Origin: Octopus sinensis
Lineage: Eukaryota
Direction of reading: 5' to 3'
DNA: 64,000 nt
NCBI RefSeq assembly: GCF_006345805.1
Contig: NC_043010.1
Coordinates: 48,980,001-49,044,000, forward strand
Made by a program: the position numbers and the translations under genes. Of the stretch, positions 1-12,970 are shown one piece after another. How positions within the stretch are numbered: the first letter of the stretch is position 1; the number at the start of each line of letters is the position of its first letter. The notes under the pieces were generated by a model. It was not told the origin of the DNA. It worked only from the letters and a program-made list of their open reading frames with translations, and searched no databases.

Positions 1-25
1 TCTGTAAATATCAACTATATATATG

Positions 26-80
<55 letters not shown>

Positions 81-158
81 GCATACATACATATATTATG
101 TATATATGTATAAGTATGCATATATATGCACACACATATATGTATACACACGCACATA

Positions 159-1409
159 TTGGGTCATCACATAAATAATGCAGTTTTTGCAATTGAATGA
201 ACTAACGGTTGGAGAGGGATGGGATAAACTACCTGCATCAACTTGCTATAAAAGCAAATAGTAATTTTACCTTATCCTTATTCTTAGTACAAGTTTTGGA
301 GAGTGCAGTTCGGTTTTAACGGTTATTTTTCAATGCTATAATGGAAGTGACAAAGGAGCATATTCGGCATATTTTGCTTTCTGAGTTCAATAAAGGCAAC
401 AACGCAACGGAAAGTGCAAGGAATATTAATCCAGTATGTGGGAATCGGACACTAAGCGTAAGCCAGTGTCAATGGTGGTTCCAGAAATTCCGAACCGAAA
501 ACTACAGCCTAGAAGACGAGTCTCGTCCTGGAAGATTTGTAGAGCTCCAAGAGGACGTCCTACAAACACTGGTGGAACAAAATTCCATCGTAATTGTTGA
601 GGAACCAGCAGAGAAGCTTGGATTTCGTCATTCAACCATTCATCGATACCTGTGAACTATCGAAATAGTCAGCAAATTGGTTTGATAGGTTCCTCACAAA
701 CTTTCCGTGTTTAATCGTGCGCAGAGAGTGAATGTGTGCTTCTCTTTGCTGTCACGTCTCACGAATGAACCTTTTTTGGACCGAATAGTGACTGGTAACG
801 AGAAATGGGTTCCCTATAAAAATGTCAAGCGCTGAAGACAGTGGGTAGGGAAAGGAGAAACACCGGCACCCCAGGGTAAAGAGGGTCTTCACCTATGTAA
901 GATTTTGGTATCTGTTTGGCGGGATATGAAAGGTTTAGTCCACTTTGAACTTTTAAGCCCAAACGAAACGATAACAAAGGAGATCTACTGCGAACAGTTG
1001 CGCGTCTGAAGTCAGCGCAAGAAGAAAAATGACCATCTTTGGTTTCAAAACGAGTGGTGCTCTTTCATCAAGATAATGCTCGATCACATACAGCAAGGAT
1101 GACATTCCAAAGGCAGGAGCAGTTTGCATGGGAAACGATGCCCCACTTATCATAATCGCTAGACATTGTCCCATCTGATTATCATTTTTCCCCAGTCTTC
1201 TAAAATATGAATTCTGTAGAGAAGGTGAGAACAGCACTGGAGGAGTATATTTCATCACGGACAAGAGGGGCCTTGTAAATCTACCAGATAGATGGAAGAA
1301 TATTGTAGAAAATGAAGGAGAGTATATTTTAGATTAAAAAATAACTTTGTTTATCTTAATTCTGAAAAATAAAAGATGTATAAAAAAATTTATTTATGGG
1401 ATGACCTAA
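159..1409 (+). mobile_element. Near full-length mariner (DD34D) DNA transposon, inactive
   Basis: TIRs TTGGGTCATCACATAAATAA / TTATTTATGGGATGACCTAA flanked by TA. Transposase from 341 (MEVTKEHIRHILL...) with stops and frameshifts; motifs VPHKL, RIVTGNEKW (first catalytic D reads N), HQDNA, SLDIVPSDYH. Confidence 0.93.
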
Positions 1410-1482
1410 TATATATAAATGCATCAATGAACGTATTCATATACGTACGACGTACATATATACATATATATATATATATATA

Positions 1483-1621
1483 TTTCTCTCTTTTTTTCTC
1501 TCCTTGTTTCTTTCTGAGTTCCTTTCTGTAGAAGAGCGTAGGCTCGAAACGTAAAAGACTTCTTCAATTCCTGAGCGTTATACTAATACATCTGTTTGTT
1601 TTTGTTTTTTTCGTGAATTCT

Positions 1622-1624
<3 letters not shown>
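1483..1624 (+). mobile_element. Short Penelope-type terminal module (family B) between (TA)n tracts
   Basis: Homologous to 54158-54315 and to 17590-17700 (minus); carries a hammerhead-like motif; (TA)n on both sides. The Penelope assignment is inferred from the ribozyme type. Confidence 0.55.
1522..1557 (+). ncRNA. Minimal type-I hammerhead ribozyme-like motif, variant core
   Basis: CTTT-CTGTAGA-A-GAGC GTAG GCTC-GAAAC-GTA-AAAG. Stem I CUUU/AAAG, stem II GAGC/GCUC, palindromic ACGU stem III, GUA cleavage triplet; position 6 is U rather than A. Confidence 0.55.
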
Positions 1625-1665
<41 letters not shown>

Positions 1666-1767
1666 TATATATATATAATATATATATATATATATTATAT
1701 ATATATATACATATATGTAGTAAGCATATATACATATACATATATACATAAATTTAAATATGTATAT

Positions 1768-2143
1768 ATCTCTATATATATAAACGGCAGTTTGTCTGTG
1801 CGTGTTTCTGTGTGTCTGTTTGCTTGTACCCTCACCCTGACCACGGCTTTCAACCGATTCTGATGAAACTTGACACACACATAGCCCAATGTCATAATTC
1901 AAAACTAACGCAGCGAAAATTTTGAAAAGTTCCCCCAGTTCTGAAAAAAATCGATAAAATCGACATGGGGTCGAGAATCAGAAACAAACCACAGACTGTC
2001 TAGGGGACGCAACTCAACCTTTTTTAACTCAAAAAAAAATTTACCATCATTTTTTTGCTTTTTTTTGGCTATAACTCTCTAAAAATGCTTTATAGTTATT
2101 TCCCTTACAAACCTGAGCAACGCCGGGCGATACTGCTAGTATA
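1768..2143 (-). mobile_element. Non-autonomous Helitron/HINE-like element
   Basis: 5' end TACTAGCAGTATCGCCCGGCGTTGC; 3' end GACAG/ACAC microsatellite then AAACTGCCGTTTATATATATAGAGAT. This architecture resembles Lep1/DINE-1-type elements. Confidence 0.6.
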
Positions 2144-2255
2144 TACATATATATACACATATATATACACATATACATACATATATATATATACATTCAC
2201 ACATATATATATATATATACATACACACACACATACCCAGACACACATTTATGTA

Positions 2256-2698
2256 TCTACTAGCAGCATAGTCCGGCGTTACCCGGGTATGTAAGAGCCC
2301 CTAGTAGGCAACGGCTAATCCCAATCGGGTCCTTTCTCTCTAGGGAACGAAGGCGCATGTGTAGGTTGCAATGTATTCTCTTCACTCGAATACTTCTGTG
2401 TATACGATGTTCCTACTGTCCCTTTGGGCGATAAAAAGGTCGAGTTGTGTCCCCTAGACAGAAAATGTGTTGCATATAAAAAGCTTAGATTCTCGACCCC
2501 ATGTCGAATTTATCGATTTTTTCAGAACTGGGGGAACTTTTCAAAATTTTCGCTGCGTCAGTTTTGAATTATGACATTGGGCTATGTGTGTGTCAAGTTT
2601 CATCAGAATCGGTTGAAAGCCGTGGTCAGGGTGAGGGTACAACCTGACAGACACACAGACACACAGACAGATAAACTGCCGTTTATATATAGAGAGAT
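2256..2698 (+). mobile_element. Non-autonomous Helitron/HINE-like element (sister of 1768-2143, opposite strand)
   Basis: 5' TCTACTAGCAGCATAGTCCGGCGTTACCCGGG. Its last ~210 bp are the reverse complement of 1768-1979; the middle region differs. Confidence 0.6.
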
Positions 2699-3721
2699 AT
2701 AATGTAACCATCTAAGTATACACGTAGGCGTACTTACGTTTGTATGCATGTATGCACACATGTATGTATATATCTATCTTCGTGGGTATGTATGCGTGTG
2801 GGTATGTATGTATGTATGTATGTATGTATGTATGTATGTATGTATGTATGTATGTATGTGGGTATGTATGTATAAGAGTATGTATGCATGTGCGCATGCC
2901 TGTGTGTGCGTACGTATGTACGTATGTACGTACGTGCGTATGTGTATATGAATGTACGTACGCATATCTCAGCCATTAGTAGAAATACCGGAGTCGGTTT
3001 GCAGCAGCAATTCATAAAAACCATTCCATGAGATTCCGAGAAAGTGTCAAATGGAAATCTGGATTAGAGCCGCTGTCATTAGAAGAATTGGGAATTTCGA
3101 TAATTCGTGTAAAGACAGAGTGAGAAAAAATCAATAATATATCGGATTGAGTGTGACACGTTCTCGAATGATTAGAGTTGTTCGGTGGGAGTACGTAAGG
3201 GCAGTGTTTCAACTGTAGGTGAGATTTAACTGGTGGAAGTTTTGTGTTACCTACGCGGAGGTTTTGTAACGCTCATACATTATGCAGTGAGCGCGCTAAT
3301 GGATAGGAAAACTATTGTTTGTTTAGCCCCAGGTCGGCAGCTCTGGTGGAACAGCTTATCCAATCAGCTGTGATTTAGCTGTGTGACTACCAGGCCTAGT
3401 CTCCTTTACCTTATACTTGTTTCAGTCGTTGGACTATAGCCGTGATGGCGCAACGCTCTGAAGCGTTTAGTCGAACCAATCGACCTCCTGTAATTATTGT
3501 AAGTCTGGTATTTATTTTATTCTATAGGTCTCTTTTACCGAACCCATAAATTAAGTGGATGTCAACAAACCAGGGCCGATTATCAAGTGGTGGTGGCGCA
3601 TACACACACACACACACCAGTTTGTGTATATGTTTGTATGCACATATGTATGTGTATATTTATATGTGAGTATATATATATATATATGTGTGTGTGTGTG
3701 GTGTGTGTGTGTGTGTGTGTG

Positions 3722-3958
3722 TTATCACGTGATCACGTGACCGACCAGGCTTTCAGATGTTGCTATACATCGCTGGTCACAATGCGCTTTGCATTGTTTT
3801 AGCCGTCAAGTGACGCCACCCCGCTGGCTAAGCGAGCAGGCCAACAGAAGAGAGAGTGAAAGTTGCTCAATAAACACACACAACGCCCGGTCTAGGAATC
3901 GAAACCGCGATCCTACGACCCCGAGTCCGCTGCCCTAACCACTGGACCACTGCCTCCA
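3722..3958 (-). mobile_element. tRNA-derived SINE (family 3-like head, different body)
   Basis: Minus strand begins GTGGAGGCAGTGGTCCAGTGGTTAGGGCAGCGGAC...GGTTTCGATTCC (A-box/B-box-like). Confidence 0.7.
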
Positions 3959-4156
3959 CATGTACACACATATATATATATATATATGAGACCAAAGTGT
4001 ATGTACGCCGCTATATGTATATAAAAAGGAATGCAACAAAAACGGGACAAGAACGCAAAACATCCAGACATGAAAGAAAAGGGACAAGTAAAAACAAGGA
4101 TGGGTCATTTTGAGTTTTCTTTCCTCGGTCGAGTTCCAGATTATCTTTGCAATTAT

Positions 4157-4540
4157 CTTTTACTTGTTTCAGTCATTAGACTGCGGCCATGTTGGAGCAC
4201 TGCCTTGAAGAACTTTCAGCCAAATAAATCAGCCCCAGTACTTATTTTTATTTTTCAAGCCTAGTACTTATTCTATTGGTCTCCTTTGCCAAACCTCTAG
4301 GTTACGGGGCACGTAAACACAGCAACATCGGTTTTGAAGTGGTGGTGGGGACAAATACAGACACAAAGACACACACACGTACACACACACACACATGTAT
4401 ATATGCATATATATGACGGGTTTCTTTCAGTTTCCGTCTACCAAATCCACTGACAAGACTTTGGTCGGCCCGAGGCTATAGCAAACGCGCCACGCAGTGG
4501 GACTGAACCCATAGTCATATGGTTGGGAAGTAAACTTACT
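4157..4540 (-). mobile_element. tRNA-derived SINE family 1 (~400 bp)
   Basis: Same body as many copies in the window (GGCACCTTGGGCAAGTGTCTTC...GACTGAAACAAGTAAAAG); abutted head-to-head by a decayed + copy at ~4550-4965. Confidence 0.85.
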
Positions 4541-5854
4541 TTCTGGCCACATGATGCTGGGTTCAGTCCTACTGCGTGGCACTTTGGGAAAGTGTCTTCT
4601 CCCAGACGAACAAAGCCTTTCGAATGGATTTCGTACACATAAACTGTATGGAGGTCCGCCATATTTGTCTCTATGTGTGCGTAAGTATGTGTGTGCGTGT
4701 GTGCGTGTGTGTATGTATGCATGTGTGTATATGTATTGCTGTGTTGCACTTGGGCCCCCACCAACCCCCAGACCTCTTCATAACCATTATTGGTTTCATT
4801 ACATCACCAGAACTTAGCGGTTCGGCAAAAGAGATCGATAGGATAAGTGCCAGACTTTAAAAAGAAATAATACTGGGTTCGAGTCGCTCGACTAAGCCCT
4901 TCTAGGCGGTGCTACAGTATGGCCGCAGTCTACTGACTGAAACAAATAACTGATAAAAGATAAATTAGATTTTCAATAGAAAAGAAAGAAGAGGAGAGCG
5001 ATGGAGAAATAGGGGGAGAAATACCAACACCTTCATCATCATCATCATCATCATCATTTAACGTCTATATTTTTCCGTGTTTGCATGAGTCAGACAAAAT
5101 TAGTTGAGGCAGATTTTCTGCTGTTGTATGCCCTTCCAGTCGCTAACCTTCACACCTAAAGATCTTTTCCACGGAAGACTGGAAACGAACGACCACTTTT
5201 GTATAACGATGATGCAATTACAACCATCATGTGATGTTTAAACCAAAGTACACACACACACTGATATACATACGTATATACGTGCGTGTGCGTTTGTGTG
5301 TGTGGTGGAGTAGCATATTGTATACTATAATACAAATGATAGGACAAAGAAATTCTTTAACCCATCTTTAATGATTCCTTACAATTGTTTCTATACTAAT
5401 TATTCATCTCCTAACTACACTTTTATTTAGTTTTTGTTTCCTCCTGATAAAAACGAAATAATATCTGGGAGTCGCACAATGTGAAAGCACGCCTTTGGTG
5501 CTTGTCTGACGAAGTGCCACTCTAATGTCTAAAACCGCAAACATTACGTAAATTTTCACTTCGAATTTTTTGCGTAAATTGGCGTTGCAAGCAAAGTTGG
5601 TACAGAAACAATTGTAACGAATCATTGAAGACGTGTTAGAGAATTTCTTTTTGTCTTCTTATTTCTTGGATTATAATTTACTCTCTGCCACGCCCATGTA
5701 ACGGTGTTGCTGTCGTGAAACCAGGATTGTCTACACTTGAAGAATTTCGGTATTGGTCTGGAGCCTGACTGTGTTAACAGCCCAGAAACAGATAATGAGA
5801 AACGTACAGATCTAATAACCAGGCTACAGATTTTCATTTGTTCCTTTTATAGTA

Positions 5855-6069
5855 TGAGGAGATGCTGAAAAGATTCTGGCTTTAGGTAAAAGAAAATACA
5901 GGATGATCTGTGAATTATGATTTTATTCAACATATCTTCCTCTTAGATTCAAACACATATTGCAGCGGTCCTTCAGTTTTTCTAAGCCCTGTGAAAGAAC
6001 TTGGAAGCTTGGGCCTCCAACCAGGCCTTTCGAGACATCTTTAAAGCCAAGAACTTTTCAGTACCCCCT
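5855..6069 (-). mobile_element. Mariner-derived MITE (~215 bp)
   Basis: Imperfect TIRs and TA flanks; reverse complement of 41822-42028; retains the transposase C-terminus GLEKLKDRCNxCxNLRG. Confidence 0.75.
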
Positions 6070-6171
6070 TATAGGTACACTGGGCTATGTAAAGACATAT
6101 TTACATAAAAACCAAGAAATGCTGGGTTTTCTCCAAGGAGGAACAAAGCTGTGATTCGCATTCTGCAAATA

Positions 6172-6530
6172 CGATGGTGGGCAGAAAAGTCCATAAGGCT
6201 GTCTACGAAGAAGTGATGCTAGAGGTCTGAAATCTTGCATGCTTTAATTTTAACAATTGCAGCGTTGAAGGTGTTTTTATAAGCCATTTAAGAAACACAC
6301 AAAAACCGTTAGATTCACTTCAACAATTAAATTAATTTGCCAATTTTAACACTTCTTATTTAATAACTGCATAGTTTCTTTCCGGGTAAATTTTCAAAGA
6401 AGACTTCAAAAGTAACTAGTAGCGACTTCCATTGAAAATGAACAAAATTTCGCATCACGGTGTTATCAAGTACCTGCAGAAAAAAGGGTTTAGCTCCCAA
6501 AACCATTCATGCTGACATGGTTGCTACATT
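6172..6530 (+). mobile_element. Mariner 5' fragment
   Basis: TA|CGATGGTGGGCAGAAAAGT end; ATG at 6438 reads MNKISHHGVIKYLQKK(frameshift)GLAPKTIHADMVATL, a mariner transposase N-terminus. Confidence 0.65.
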
Positions 6531-7562
6531 AGCATATCGTGCAATGGCGAAAGAATGTATCTGGTGGAAATGTCTGAAAGGATTAGAGACAAACTCTTTC
6601 CTCTCTAGTCAATCTCTCATCAACTTCTTCAAGTATCACTTGAAAAGGAAAGTGAGAGTAGAGAGGCAAGTTTTGTCTAGCGAATGCTTCAAAAAAAAGA
6701 TGGGTGAATGTAGCAAGGATGGCACGCATGAATGACGAAGCCACCTTGAGCATAATCCTATGAACCCGGAAAAATGTAAAACAGAGTTATTTACTTGCAA
6801 ATAAATGTGTTGACATGTGACATTATTGACCGAGGTTACCGTGGTCTTTTCCGCAGGCTTTTTTTTCCACGGATAAACTTTATCTGCTTCCCTCTTTACA
6901 CTTTACATCATGACATTTCTGTGATACACGATCCCAATTGATCGTTTTTTTTTTTCTCCCATTTAGATACCTTTTGATCGAAAACCTACCCCACTTTTTA
7001 TTTTTTATTTTATTTTTATTTTCCTTTTTTTCTACCCAAAAACTTTGTAATTTTTCCCCTCTGTGTTCAGCACTGTGTAGCTAATAAAGAAACATATCGT
7101 ACAAACGATTAGTGTTAAAGTAAAAATTTGTGAAACATTGCAGCGATTCTTCCTTTGAGGTCCTACAGTATACACATATATACAACCACTTATGGAATAT
7201 ACAGAAAGAGAAAGGTGGGGAGAAACAATAATGAACACTTCTGCACACTTATATACCAAAATGACACGCACATTCAATACAAGGGCGCAAATTTATCCAC
7301 TCTCTTACTCATGATGCAGCTTTGAACACACTAATTCACATAATCACAAAACCCAAGAGATATTTTTCACTTAAACACAACAGCCTTGCCACTTTGTGAC
7401 TGGTCTGAATTCTGGAAGTTTAAAATGATTCCCAAAAACATACGTACGTACATTCATACATGCATGTACAGACTTATATACTCATATACATACGTACACG
7501 CGTACAAGGACACACATACCTACATATATACACAGATACATACATACATATATATACAGGTA

Positions 7563-7845
<283 letters not shown>

Positions 7846-8209
7846 ATGCATTCATATGTACATGTATACATACAATTATTACACTGCATTATTTACAAAC
7901 TCACGCGCATGTATATATATGCGTATATCACAGCACATTACAAAGATACATGCCCATATACATACATATACATGAGCACACACATATCTTACACGAGCGA
8001 AGCTCACTCACATGAACTCTCACACATCTGCACGCATTAACATGCATATTCACAAATCTCTTGAACTGGTTTAACTCAAACAGAAAAGCCATGACACTTC
8101 GTTACGCAAACAGACCGGCTGGAATGAATAAAACATTTCAATGCCTATACACGCTAAAGGAGAGAGATGTGGGAAGTGGAGTGAATGGGTAAATATATAT
8201 TAGGTAAAA

Positions 8210-8257
<48 letters not shown>

Positions 8258-9239
8258 CTTCTACCATAAGTTTCAGTCCTTGCTGGTGTGGAACGTATGG
8301 CAAAACGTACAGAAAATATGGTGGGCTTTTCAGCATGAGTGTTATATACCGGGAACCCAAAAGCCGTACCTAGGGTCTGGAGATACACCTTTTAAGTGAG
8401 ACATATGGATTGACATACCTAGAAAAGGTAAAGCTTCCTTCAAATCGGAATTGTCTGAGGTGGATTAGCGGTGACGCTTCAGTACTATGGGCATAGAATT
8501 TGTGGAGCTCCGGCAACAAGGTGGCCTTAGGTACCGGAGGTTTTGTGAGTGGAAAGCTATATTTGGTTAACAGTTATGTTGTTTTGATTAGGTAGCTGAA
8601 AGATGATTCAATAGATTCCAAGGCGAAGATGACGAGAGAAATACTGTATTTTGAAGTGAGAAAGAGAAGGAGCATTTGAATATATGAAACTACTGAAGAC
8701 GATGGCTGCAATGAGAACGGAAATGTAATAGACGGCCTCTATGAAAAACGAAGTATAGAAAGACTGACAGTAGTAGGGGGAGTTCTGTTGAAGGGTTTGG
8801 GTGTTAGTGCTAAGGATAAGTTAACGATACGTGAAGGGCAACAAGCTGAAAAGAATGAGTTTTAAAGGAAGATGATGGTGATGGTGATGGTTATAATGGT
8901 GTTATTTTTCGCTCCTACGCCAGTCCTCGTTGAGATGACCTATCATTAAAGGCATTCCAACCGTGACTATCCTGTCCTGTTTTTCATAAATACTGTGTCC
9001 TGAGAACCACAGTGCGTCCTTTTCTTTGTTGAAACAGTAGGGTGTGATTGGAAGAGCTGAAAAAAAAACGATCAATAGGGACCGTATATCACAGAAATGT
9101 CATGATGTAAAGTGTAAAGGGGGAAACAGATAAGGTTTATCCGTGGAAAGAAAAACCTGCGGAAAAGACCATGGTAAGACCATTGTATAAACTACAAAAA
9201 AAGGTCGTTTACCACGAGATCAGCCCTGGTCGGGCAGAT

Positions 9240-9309
9240 CGTCATCATTATGGTGGTCGACATCATCATAATCATCGTCGTTGTCATCACTATCATGATC
9301 ATCATCATG

Positions 9310-9365
<56 letters not shown>

Positions 9366-9388
9366 CATCATCATCATCATCATCATCG

Positions 9389-9429
<41 letters not shown>

Positions 9430-9630
9430 GTCATTGTTTTCATGATCAGAATCATCGTCATCATCCTCACTATCACCACGAGAATGGAAACAATGACGAC
9501 GACGACAATAACGATGATGATGATGATGATGATGACGACGACGACGACGACGATGATGATGATGACGATGATGATGATGATGTTGCTGACAGCGACGACG
9601 ATAATGTCGATGACGACGACGAACGATAAC
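9240..9630. repeat. (CAT)n followed by (GAT/GAC)n triplet repeats
   Basis: Direct reading; explains the poly-His/poly-Asp/poly-Ile ORFs. Confidence 0.97.
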
Positions 9631-9966
9631 CACAATCGGCAAACAGAAGTGGATGATATTCAATGCAAATGCATGTACTTTAGAAGTTCTTTTAGAAGTC
9701 CTGGCGCCAAGTACTGTTGAGTGTATTGAAGCCACTGAAGATGACGGTTGCAATGAGAGATGAAAATGTGATAGATGCAGAAGAAAATTTAGTTTAGCAA
9801 CTGATGACGTTTGGAGAAGTTCTGTTGAAGAGGAATCAAGATGCAGGGAAGTTGTATATTAGAAATATGCATAAAGAGAGAGAACATGCATAAATATATA
9901 TATATATATTATATATATATATATATTATATATATATATATATATTATATATATATATATATAAAG

Positions 9967-10059
<93 letters not shown>

Positions 10060-10295
10060 TGTATGTATGCATGTATGCATGTATGTATGTAGGTATGTAT
10101 GTATGAGTGTATGTATACACACACACATACCCATATATATATATATATTATATATATATATAAACATTACGTTATATAATTATTTACATACTGAACATTC
10201 CTTGGTAAAATTATTAATTAATAATTAATTAATTTTACCCTTTTATTATTGACTATATATATATATATTATATATATATATAATATATATATATA

Positions 10296-11391
10296 CGAGG
10301 TGGTATCAATAAAAATTCCCGGACTATTTATTTGTCATTAAACACAACTAAGTTTTACTTACGTTTTTAGTATTATCTCCTTTGAAATAGTCACCTTGCG
10401 CAGCAGTTCACCAGTCCCAGCGTTCCTGCCACTTTTGGAATCTGGTCTGGAAGTCGTTTTCCGTAAGCGAGTCGATGACCCTCGCTTGATACGCTCTGGA
10501 TCTCGACAACGGTGTTAAAACGGCTAGCTTTGAGCTGCCTTTCATTTTGGGGAAGAGATGGAAGTTGGCAGGTGCTAAATCTAGTGAATAGGGCGGGTGC
10601 GGAAACAATACCATGTTGTTTTGACGAGAAACTTGCGAGTGAGGATATCCACAGATCCGGTCGCTTTTGCCGAATATCCTCTCTCAAACGCTGCAAAGCG
10701 TCGCAACAGAACTCTGAATTGACGGTCCAGCCCTGAAGGACAAATTCTCGATGCACAATACCACATTTCCGGGGGTGGAGATCGTGACAGGTATTGCTCT
10801 TCCTAAAGACGGCGAGCTGGCAGAAACATTAGCGCGTCGGGCGAAATGGTTAGCGGTATTTCGTCTGCTGTTATGTTCTGAGTTCAAATTCCGCCGAGGT
10901 CGACTTTGCCTTTCATCCTTTCGGGGTAGATAAATTAAGTACCAGTTGCGCACTGGGGTCGAAATAATCGACTTAATCCGTTTGTCTGTCCTTGTTTGTC
11001 CTCTCTTTGTTTAGCCCCTTGTGGGTAGTAAAGAAATAGGTATTGCTCTTCCAGGGACATTCTTCAACATTTGAAGCGCCCGTGCAACTCGAAACGGGGC
11101 GTACGAACCATTGCCGTGTTGCCGTAAGGTTGCCGAAGTTTGCTCAATGTCTCTGTAGCAGACTCCCCAAGTTTAACGCAAAATTTCACGTTGGCTCTTT
11201 ATTCCTACTTTCTGTCCACGGCAAAATCGCAGACTACGGCATACATGTGATCACAAAAACACAAATTTCACGACTTGCGAAGTAAACGCAGCGATGTCAC
11301 TAGACATACTGCTTCATGAAGGTAAATGGTAACTCTCACTGCGCACACAACCATATACTGCTATCTGTTGGCGCGCTACAGTACCACCTCT
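10296..11391 (-). mobile_element. Internally deleted mariner element interrupted by a SINE
   Basis: Ends TA|CGAGGTGGTATC and TACCACCTCT|TA. Minus-strand transposase pieces HREFVLQGWTVNSEF...LREDIRQKRPDLW and HPPYSLDLAPANFHLFPKMK (YSPDLAP motif). Confidence 0.85.
10804..11037 (+). mobile_element. tRNA-derived SINE family 2 with 15-bp TSD
   Basis: GGCGAGCTGGCAGAA...GAGTTCAAATTCC head; AGGTATTGCTCTTCC duplicated at 10789-10803 and 11038-11052. Confidence 0.92.
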
Positions 11392-11726
11392 TATATATAT
11401 ATGTGTGTGTGAGTGGCTGTGTGTTAAGTGGCTTGTTTACGAACCACATGGTTCCGGGTTCGTTCCCAATGCGTGGCATCTTGGGCAAGTGTCTTCTACT
11501 AAAGCTTAACTGCAGCACTATAGCTTCCGCGTTAGGTACGTTATTAAACATAAACATCTACACATACATATACACATGTGACAACTGACATGCGTGAATG
11601 TATATCTGCATGTGTCTCTCTTACTATATGTATGTGCCTGTATGTGAAAACGTATGTGTGCGTATCGTCACATGTGCATGTGTCTGTGAGTGTGTGTGTC
11701 TTTGTGCGCCTGTTACCTACGTTATT

Positions 11727-11760
<34 letters not shown>

Positions 11761-12021
11761 CTACACAAAATCTTGACAAAAGACAATTACGTGGAAGGTC
11801 CAAGTTATATAAAAATACACATCTACCGTGCCATTAACAGTTCATAATTATCGCAGCAGTTGCAAAGTTGCCAGGTATTTACAATTTGCTTATGTTTGGT
11901 TATTTTACATTACATACAAAAATATAGACATACTACATACATACAACTACTTGCGAAAATAGAGATTAATGTGTATTTTTTTTATGTACATAATTTTTTT
12001 GTTTAAGATATTGAAAACAAT

Positions 12022-12660
12022 ATGCCACAAGAGGAAGAATGTACTCTCTCCAGAAACACCAATAAAGCAAAGAGGAATGCAGAAAACCGAAGGCGAGAGT
12101 CTCAAAAGATAAGGGATATGAAACTTTCTCAATGTCAGCAAAAGCATGATGCAGCACGTCAGATGGAGTCTCAATACAGAAGGGACGTGACACATTCCAA
12201 AGATCACCAAATGCATGCTGCAGCATGTTAAATACAGTCTCAAGAGAAAGAGGAGAGGAGACTTTCTCGAGATCACCAAAGGCATGCTGCAGCACATCAA
12301 ATTGAGTCCCAAAACAGAAAGGAGATGAGACTTTCTCAAGATCAGAAAAGCCATGCTGCAGCACATCAGTAGGAGTCACAAGAGAAAAGGGTTCCCAAGA
12401 TCAGCAAAGTCATATAGTAACACTTAATGCTGAATCATTAAAACAATGTTTAGCATGCCAGATTACACAGAGGTCCAACAGAATAGCTCTCCGAAACAGA
12501 CCACGTACAAATTCATTTTCACAACACCTGGAGCTGCTTTCAGATATAATCCATCCCATTCTTACAAAAATGATAATTCTATCTAAATTCGTGTGCTAAA
12601 CTCAAATTGTCGTTTAAGCAAAGCTTTAACATTTACTCCACAAATGTTTTGTCGTCAATG
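12022..12660 (+). mobile_element. Helitron Rep/helicase N-terminal remnant (pseudogene)
   Basis: MPQEEECTLSRN... followed by four 69-bp (23-aa) repeats ESQxxRxMRLSQDQxxHAAAxQ, then [32 protein letters not shown]. This resembles the AAFxYxPxxxY / CxxCxA Zn-finger region of animal Helitrons. In-frame stops present. Confidence 0.65.
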
Positions 12661-12675
12661 CTGCACTTTCCACCG

Positions 12676-12970
<295 letters not shown>

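Noticed and set aside
3012-5837. Short minus-strand ORFs in non-repetitive patches (3012-3212, 5404-5837; also 13108-13290 and 23162-23443) as exons of a hidden gene
   Set aside because: No recognisable domain, no consistent splice-site/phase chain and stops in alternative joins; left unassigned.
8340-8800. Possible CR1/L2 LINE fragment
   Set aside because: No diagnostic RT or endonuclease motif could be read in any frame.
9171-9753. Poly-His/poly-Asp ORFs suggesting a metal-binding protein
   Set aside because: Entirely explained by (CAT)n/(GAT)n microsatellites open in several frames on both strands; no splice or homology support.
12097-12380. CRISPR-like repeat/spacer array (also 43490-43730, 50454-50560)
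   Set aside because: Eukaryotic context; the units are contiguous diverged tandem repeats without unique spacers, and there are no cas genes.
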